From: Bacteroidales bacterium
Lineage (GTDB): Bacteria > Bacteroidota > Bacteroidia > Bacteroidales > WCHB1-69
Assembly: GCA_017551725.1 (NCBI GenBank)
Contig: JAFZKY010000037.1
Span: 18,071-82,070 of the forward strand
Length of the DNA stretch: 64,000 nt
Reading direction: 5' to 3'
The translations under genes were made by a program, and so were the position numbers. Below are positions 60,901 to 64,000 of this stretch, one piece after another (position 1 is the stretch's first letter; every line of letters starts with the position of its first letter). The notes under the pieces are model-generated. The model did no database searches. It saw only the letters and a program-made list of their open reading frames with translations, and was not told the DNA's origin.

Positions 60901-61221
60901 ATGGAGGTCATCGCTGCCGTCCAGCAACTCGCCGTCGCGATACACTTTCCAATCAATAGACAGCCTTTGAATGTTGCAGCTGTTGATGAAATGGATCTTG
61001 TACACGTCCGTCTGGCTGTTCGGGGTATACAGGCCGATAGAACCTACAGGGTTCATGGCGTTGTTCAACACCAACTGCCCTCCAGGGACATTCGCGATGC
61101 CTGTCAGTGTGTCTGGATTCATGTTCTCCAGCCATACGCAGCAAGGCGACTGAGCTCGGGCCACAAAGCCCGCCAGCGTCAGTAAGATGCTTAAGAAGCA
61201 AATTGATAATAGTTTTTTCAT
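48976..61221 (-). CDS. Giant (4081 aa) T9SS-sorted cell-surface repeat protein with SprB-like and HYR-like modules
   Basis: Signal peptide MKKLLSICFLSILLTLAGFVARAQ. There are dozens of Cys-framed Ig-like modules. About 12 repeats of ~85 aa follow the pattern C..(Y/P).G(T/S)I(T/S)V...Y.Y...GL..G.Y.(I/V)...D..GC. The C-terminus VKVYPNPTSGDVYANIEG...GVYFLSVQSG...KKLVVTR matches a T9SS type A sorting domain. Confidence 0.85.
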   Translation of the reverse strand: MKKLLSICFLSILLTLAGFVARAQSPCCVWLENMNPDTLTGIANVPGGQLVLNNAMNPVGSIGLYTPNSQTDVYKIHFINSCNIQRLSIDWKVYRDGELLDGSDDLHRLSKYADFSIYTFYNRLNQNTPIPWLGGQVLDGHGVPVEGVRCYDAQIQTRACKEGYPGAMSPDTTFSYSNDYQYAGGYTGIYSQHLDYFNAEFFEQTENIIIINWKQIGDYSLVISIRERTGGSDYENLYWNDTQDKYIGGHMSTPGSIVATDSIAPFENYGAFDKEICDGSSFEYGKPAKSFDATGNYVCAFIDTLCGGHCVVTAIDTLHLYVRENPVVQVSQHRIDNCFGEGLSKDQLGALASSPTPDATGLSWKQIQWSTDGTTFDTIVPTPSTVVDTYYYYVRQVNYYANFNEDTVICDGPIDTITYIVHEIPGKPTIGTPNYYYCVGATATPVDENVTAAQDCKLHWALDNTFATEITGTALTPSTTAAGVQTFYVYQSDTLTGCFSKDSFDIVTVTVYDNPTVTATAAPTAACLGTEFTLTATTGFDSYAWVKKGNTTTLGTANVLKVTPTAAGDSTYTVTVGEDHKVNNVVVVTCTSTADVTITIYPIPAQPTLPATTSKSYCLNDSIPATYTLTATAPAGAVCVWFDEAGNPLDTANSYTVDMNSIKPATNVYKTVKYYVASYNPTTTCISDQKLAFTFDFYKYPVLAVAPKTSTVCPGVSVDLTASLTTTSKAAYTYTWSGDVTTSVTTNTNTITTSDNDCTGKVYKAMVFVTDANGCKSNTDTAVVNVKDDTHPVVSVPSKSFNLYGCNTVIVPAAYTTLSALTSGAGITVTDACGKLETSVTHSDAVSGDSCTSRLVRTYTISDHCNNTSTYVETYTVTDTTRPTLTVTPAQVDPVPAMNCTYVMPDDSVFFNIVKGNAHDNCTPDTVLEASVKYFNGLNTDLASANTNIFADSLSVDIYAQVTDRCGNKSEKVKIATLARPEPMYIKHGSVSIDRNELCLYDTVNLSFSTDSIAGYNHAPYSFVWTGRPNDGTIIHHTWQNALGIPALPDTNFVYTVTVTDKYGCVAKDSSDPVHVWNLPTVYIHEDIRNGATFPLCPNYGVLTVEAVAVGRIPGDNSVTYEWSGESVNVYSHNDTTGVYILPDSCNYTYYPHVKVVNIKGCVAEAEFPFDVVDTTAPVVDASAIISDTTLVRQPGCKFFLPDFTPLFNNNNVSDNCYKVGAMTLTQDPQPGLEITENKAVTITLTDHCGNSSTFTINANLPADNITITNIAVVDTAFCLNGTATLTPSTQNGVGTFKYAWTEGSDTLATTAVLTVTPTTAGVHTYMLSVVDSMDCEATKSANVTVYPLPAAADVTMASTPNEFCKSVYNVNNEYNGTISVTNITTGYKYKLSTDTTWRDASYVYTGLNNGTYNVDLLSDHDCETLNATTVTVNADSTSNLVISTATGTPNYRCADPYDGTITVNNPQVNYTYEIINVPNSERVYTSGDLKYEGLRNGDYLIQVVSDKYCPYSIYNTIVADSTKLPELPTYATTPKTSCVSPNGAITIQNSRTDFEYTLNGVTLTGNGGDLTFAALNGGDYTLAIVSTVTACSQQFAPINVPTTTQDPDRPLIDSVPNSVCDQAITPNGSITVTNPINGFTYKMGDSTYTYDGTNIIKFVNLIDANSHIMTVTSDLGCAKDFTFEVTSNIVNPAKATFAFTNNTVCTATLPTCVSIATPPTVNGTISLTNTDDTHYTYKVMQGTTEILPTSGHAYTGLAAGTYTITVRDIATGCESDTNCTIVDDPAAITIATGEYTSTPRTSCTVYDGSITIAPAAGYNYYICQVSNQPLTGTTNGLDAGKYNVIKYNVTTGCFREDTVVVEDARARYDTIEFNMTKDIVCDNANFVGTGSITVTNLSTSDFTFYIDGAINPSNVFSNLHDGTYTISVKHNATQCPGQLAITVGDSTMLPKFTVSTTANTYCTDTIHDGTVTITPEANCIYTLFIADSVYGTTTTITGLKDADYRLAAYNTLTGCTDTTDVTINHVPVIPTATVASKAANYNCKPEKNGSVTITSSVADVTYYLVSNVPDTLTSITPTFNNLDSGDYKFYVITNKGCVSAEGTVNVADSAHIYELLLSQTPNTMCVPTFEHPGNGTIVVEKPQARHYTYSFYDNAGAQIDVNYFNPDSYTMYHLKDMLYRVVVNDTITKCSAEDTISVLLHHDDITVTADSTDNDRCLAPYNGTVTVNMVNPNIDGVYRYKIDGGEYQVSNVFEGLKEGVHEVLIWDTTTNCTYPVAGPLQITVNKKDYNVTLNPYVKDNEYCVAPYNGAIGLYIDSLTSDIPTPVYQFAFSDAPSTQPDTMAYTGEMVYEQLGAGTYNIWVKDTTTACIYGPFVAAVNTVNDNAPIIDSIIPTGYNNVSEYNFCPNSNATLCAEVTAQVASDTLGYGYLWSCNCFPWTVLSDSSCVDVITSAERLHCEYTVEVTSLATGCVTTKTVAVTIDTTPVVHFYFENPTRIFVQSHGVAYNCENNDYTVGVTNPIADYDSIFWTQPVYVAGTHVDVAANTYTAPTEISYCVNLVDHNGCIAHDYMNVNIKPVANHQITQVVCDSTIYRDQKGIEHKFYFVEGGPNSHTLIDTFANGAVNGCDSFLTVNIIINSSPVLTVDSDATYIERHVCHGNPLHTDNMLKVKYTSDYGWKFGTDYNSADAAFDPTANLNFADSGKTVYAYAVNNCDTVVFGPYTLNIDSLPIVPDITTNSPYCDSTVFDLTVPAYTCNGVTCTGTWQLGGVDTIIDKFVYGMNNGVIRYAVTNACGTSYSNELTLTVYNTAKLDLAYTFDSLCVGTTGDITFTVNTGNSDTLVFNSVYFKVAKSGNTYTITPDSANVGVSSVDIYSFQEPTVPADLVGNCKFEKKTVEFYIVDKPVVAEVANPDSICAGNAITGLNIPTYNAKNGEILSEGWLIKHGTGNYVDFDPTTILYIVNHGDSIKYQVTNRCGTSYSNAVPVVVDTVPFATLTPATITYCVGDSIHITSDLHLTVTTTPTAPLTATPVLKLDGVDYTAGTALTMVDSNKNVWYEVTNKCGTNTSDTIKVVVNDTASLVVDRTALVDTICVDGSTMSFKVTTHKSNVLTVTPSSTTDFELASTSNVTATAKETTVTITPKVATDGVLSEIYIKVESAVAACDREKYDTIRFTIADTAHFTSAPKVDTVCEGTTFTVVAPSYTTPNAPVLNEEWQSNVNGSWATFDVNTPMTKDYYGKYLRYAVETRCGYNYSDSIQVFVYDTVKLTFTAPDDKDTICWNDLVSRKFTYEFAGVSQDSLYYVINPDLDQYAYPLHSALMSSIIYSLDSRFDFGMGTDTIEGNTGIRAPHGVYVATVYAKSVYCPATNKTHTFEIYVDSLPTITFNNAQQDYCIDETPNFKVGEVVNLNAYNTKDSVVTGYIKTYDFGTHTYAASWSDILPTKIAAEHDSALVAFTITNHCGESVINDSLLVVVEGKPVVTAPVATDTCIGSPLSDFIVTAPVVTLPTKSSRITAQGWLIENASGEYVPVSETTPITQDTNVKYYAATRCGADTCAAVRLVVTKLPEITDTLLTTEFTICSGDTFASKTMNYINVAKDTTELWTITKAGTTNDETLVFGQPYDTSYNNATIRYIVVNECGADTVFAFARVDTLPVPVILGDTTICQQGSTTLSVTETGYASYQWFMNGDTIVGATNPTYTFNVDTANVSTFTFTVSVKDGHGCYSTYNINGTSDKDSKLFKSDSVTIEASDAPRFIFKDVNGTVTHRLPDATTSADLANKFNYTWMISAPCTNGNDLVFVTFDFYHNDQLIPNDSIGVYFKEEEQGMGSNYQKWMSTDYIEWLTYDLHPMNAETHYDYAQANFGSTLNEGNHFPYKNLAGGNFIYDDVFLHFLNNREVSKTVSPALRSGEYKIIYRLYSTDNYNLHGDLYYNPDTTNAAGNHNFIIGGHNSIASGSHLTELVVDTLKFTVTGEDLHYTPSPAVEPEPEPIFNVVDEPTVKVYPNPTSGDVYANIEGFEGAAVVRIVTLAGKVVSEETISATKAATYTYHRQTADLTPGVYFLSVQSGEAKISKKLVVTR

Positions 61222-61322
61222 ACTTTTATTTTTTTGTTGTTATTAATTATATTATTTCTCTTCTATACTCGTTGTTTTATAGTACTATACACTATTATAC
61301 ATTTCACTAAAATTTCAACTTG

Positions 61323-61330
61323 CAAAAATA
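61323..61330 (-). promoter_or_regulatory. -7 box (TATTTTTG) upstream of the giant gene
   Basis: TTGCAAAAATAC on the plus strand, about 100 nt upstream of ATG 61221. Confidence 0.4.
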
Positions 61331-61552
61331 CATTTTTTTTGATTACTTATCTCCTCTGTATTTTTTTTTTTGAATTTTTTTCACCGAATTTCAGCGCAAA
61401 CCCGCCGCATTTATGCGGTATTCACGCTGGAATTATAGCACAAGAAATTGTTATATTACTATAAATCACTATGTTACATATAAATTCTTCTTTTAGTTTA
61501 TAAACATTTTTATATGGACTTTTTACCTTGATTTTTTTGAAATGTTACACAT

Positions 61553-61587
61553 AAAAAAGGGAATGTCCTTTAAAATCGGACATTCCC
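61553..61587 (-). terminator. Intrinsic terminator of the OmpA/PorE-like gene
   Basis: On the coding strand, GGGAATGTCC-(9 nt)-GGACATTCCC is followed by TTTTTTATG. Confidence 0.8.
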
Positions 61588-61615
61588 CAATATGATAATC
61601 TTGTTGTAAGAAGGT

Positions 61616-63544
61616 TTAACGACCCATTATGCGGAATTCTGTACGCCGGTTGGCCGCCCTACCCTCCTCGGTGGCATTGTCGGCGATGGGTTTCCGCTTG
61701 CCATAGCCACGGTACTCCATGCGGTCGGCCGAAACCCCCTTCGCCACCAAATAGTCATACACCGCCTTGGCCCTGCTTTGGGAAAGCTTGTCGTTATACT
61801 CATCCGAGCCCTGGTTGTCGGTGTGGCCGCCAATCTCAATGTTCACCTTATTATGCTGGAGGTAATCCGCCAGGCGGTCCAATTCCTCAAACGACTCAGC
61901 CTTCAACGTGCTCTCGTTGAAATCAAAGAAGATGTTCTTCAGCACCACCGTGGTTCCCACATCCGCCCGCTGCAATACAATATCTTTTATATAGGGCTCC
62001 AGCTCCGTATAGGATTTTTCAATCTGGAAGTTCTCGGAATAGAACGGGTAATTAGGGTTGGAAACATTCAGCATGACATTGCTGCCCGTATGGATACAAG
62101 CCAGGAAAGCGCCGGTTTGAGCATCCGAGGTGGTATGTGTCAGCACTTGGCGGGTGGCCAAATCCACCATCTCGATGTCCGCCGTGAGCGGAAGACCGTT
62201 TTCAGCATCCCGCACCACACCCTTGATATAGGTCACAGGGTTGGGGCGCAAGCTCTCGGCCAACTCGAAACTGTAGAGGTCGAGACCTCCAAAACCGCCA
62301 TCCTTGTCGGAGGCCATGTACGCCACCGTGCCCGAGGCGTCAATGAAGATGTTGATCTCATCGGCAGGCGTATTAATCGGATAACCCATGTTTTTCGGTT
62401 CGCTCCAGGAACCATCAGGCTGAAGTGTGGCATAATAAAGGTCGTAGCCGCCCATACCCACGCGCCCGTTCGAGGCAAAATAAAGCGTGCGCCCATCGCT
62501 GTGGATGAACGGAGCGGCATCATCGCCCGGCGTGTTGATAGTGGATCCGAGGTTTTCGGGAGCGGTGAAGGCACCCTCCGAAGTCATCGTCGTCTTCCAG
62601 ATGTCCATTCCGCCATAGCCGCCCGGCCGGTTGGAGACGAAATAGATGGTACGTCCATCCGCCGCCATCGAGGGCTGGCTCTCCCAGGCATTCGTGTTCA
62701 CCGGCGCTCCAAAATTGCGGGGCCGAGACCACTTGTCTCCTATCTTCTTCGACCAATAGAGGTCGCAACTGCCCATCCCGAAATCGGCATCGCACATGGT
62801 GTAAAGCAGATACACGCCGTCGGGGGAAATGGTCTGCGCACCTTCATTGTATCCGGTCTTGATCGGAGAAGCAAAGGGAGTGCGCGTCAGCCACTGTCCG
62901 TCCTTCTGGTCACAATAGTATAAATCCTCTTCATTCAAACAGAAGGCACAAACCGTCTTGCTGTCTTTCGGACGTTTCACCGTAAAAACCAGCCGAGAAT
63001 TGTCTGCTGTCATAGCGGCCAGCGACTCGTCCCACTCGGAATTGATGCTGCCACCCAGGTTCTGCAACTGGAACGGCACCGGATTCTTCATGGCCTCTAT
63101 TCCAAAACGGCAGTTGGCCATGCCCTTCTGTGCATCCGTCAGCACATCCGTATATTGGAGGCCGCGCTGCATGAAGGTCTCATAGTTTTTCAAAGCCGTT
63201 TCATAATGCCCGCACTTGGCACCCTCGGTGGCGGCAATGTAGTACAACAGCGGATCGGGATTGCCAATCAGGTCGATGGCACGGTTGTAGCACGCCTCCG
63301 CCGAATCGGATTTCAAGGTGAAATTGTAGAGGTCGCCCAACAGAATATAGGTGTCGGGAAACTGCGGATCCTTGACCCGGGCCTGCATCAGCAGATTTTT
63401 AGCTTTGTTGAAATCATGGGCATTAATGGCCGTTTTCGCCTTCTCGCACAAAGCAGCCGCCTTGCTAGGTTTCTGCGCCTGAAGTGAACCTGGCAGCAGA
63501 AGCGTAATATACAATAATACTATATATACAATTTTATAATACAT
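61616..63544 (-). CDS. TPR + PD40/WD40-like propeller + CarboxypepD_reg-like + OmpA_C protein (PorE-like architecture)
   Basis: 642 aa. An N-terminal TPR-like region is followed by repeated PD40-type motifs (SPDG..LYF.S.R.GG.GG.D(I/L)(W/Y)). Next comes IKGVVRDAENGLPL, and then the OmpA_C motif GHTDNQGSDEYNDKLSQSRA...NRRTEF. Confidence 0.7.
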   Translation of the reverse strand: MYYKIVYIVLLYITLLLPGSLQAQKPSKAAALCEKAKTAINAHDFNKAKNLLMQARVKDPQFPDTYILLGDLYNFTLKSDSAEACYNRAIDLIGNPDPLLYYIAATEGAKCGHYETALKNYETFMQRGLQYTDVLTDAQKGMANCRFGIEAMKNPVPFQLQNLGGSINSEWDESLAAMTADNSRLVFTVKRPKDSKTVCAFCLNEEDLYYCDQKDGQWLTRTPFASPIKTGYNEGAQTISPDGVYLLYTMCDADFGMGSCDLYWSKKIGDKWSRPRNFGAPVNTNAWESQPSMAADGRTIYFVSNRPGGYGGMDIWKTTMTSEGAFTAPENLGSTINTPGDDAAPFIHSDGRTLYFASNGRVGMGGYDLYYATLQPDGSWSEPKNMGYPINTPADEINIFIDASGTVAYMASDKDGGFGGLDLYSFELAESLRPNPVTYIKGVVRDAENGLPLTADIEMVDLATRQVLTHTTSDAQTGAFLACIHTGSNVMLNVSNPNYPFYSENFQIEKSYTELEPYIKDIVLQRADVGTTVVLKNIFFDFNESTLKAESFEELDRLADYLQHNKVNIEIGGHTDNQGSDEYNDKLSQSRAKAVYDYLVAKGVSADRMEYRGYGKRKPIADNATEEGRAANRRTEFRIMGR

Positions 63545-63557
63545 CTACAAAATGGTA

Positions 63558-64000
63558 TTATGAACGTTCTAGGTTTTTAGCTTGCTGCCAATACGCCTCC
63601 ATCTCATCCAACGAAAGGTCGGTAATCCGACGTCCCTCCGATTTGGATTTCTCCTCAATATAGTTAAAACGAGAGATGAATTTCTTGTTGGTTTTCTCCA
63701 ACGCATCATCGGGATTCACCTTGATGAAGCGAGCATAATTGACGATGGAAAACAGCACATCGCCCAGCTCATCCTCTTTTTTGTCGGAATCCTTCTCCAC
63801 TTCGGCCTTCAGCTCTGCAAGTTCTTCCTGCATTTTGTTCCAAACCTCCTGTGAATCAGACCAATCGAAGCCCACTCCGTTTGCCTTTTCCTGGATGCGG
63901 TATGCTTTCACCAACGACGGCACACTCTTCGGGACTCCGCCGAGCACGGTACGATTCCCCTCCTTCTGCAACTTGATCTTCTCCCAATTCTCGTGCACCT
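63558..64000 (-). CDS. mazG: Nucleoside triphosphate pyrophosphohydrolase MazG, C-terminal part (5' end outside the window)
   Basis: The EELGDVLF-type motif (EDELGDVLFSIVNYARF) and WEKIK are typical of MazG. The frame is open to the window edge. Confidence 0.8.
   Translation of the reverse strand, partial: VHENWEKIKLQKEGNRTVLGGVPKSVPSLVKAYRIQEKANGVGFDWSDSQEVWNKMQEELAELKAEVEKDSDKKEDELGDVLFSIVNYARFIKVNPDDALEKTNKKFISRFNYIEEKSKSEGRRITDLSLDEMEAYWQQAKNLERS

Overview
This window is a Bacteroidota (Bacteroidales-like) chromosomal segment, and almost all genes are on the minus strand. The phylum call rests on TAnnTTTG -7 promoter boxes in front of most operons, type IX secretion (T9SS) components and cargo, and the gene content. 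The core content falls into four blocks. (1) gyrB-ftsE-GT2. (2) A partial dcw cell-division cluster: mraZ-rsmH-ftsL-ftsI-murE-mraY-[MurD C-domain-only ORF]-ftsW, ending at a tRNA-Ser(GCU). (3) secE-nusG-rplKAJL-rpoB-rpoC-DUF3467. (4) trmB, an MsbA-like ABC exporter, a 4081-aa T9SS-sorted giant adhesin next to a PorE-like OmpA protein, and a partial mazG. Other genes are two dipeptidyl-peptidases (S9 and S46), an ABC-F protein, an acyltransferase, and a lysine 5,6-aminomutase pair. The aminomutase genes kamD and kamE are separated by two other genes, and kamD is frameshifted. The most unusual locus is an AT-rich island of about 4.4 kb (23204-27644). It encodes a four-gene membrane/envelope operon (TM2, DUF2752, zinc-ribbon polytopic protein, 743-aa lipoprotein). 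It is bracketed by ~360-nt direct repeats that duplicate the last 32 nt of the S9 peptidase gene plus a hairpin-rich non-coding segment, and it has no recombinase gene. Other points worth a second look are the MurD remnant, short-period intergenic tandem repeats, TTG starts on rpoB and murE, and very long codon-aligned antisense ORFs, which I reject as coding. All calls come from reading the sequence and remembering protein families; no searches were run.
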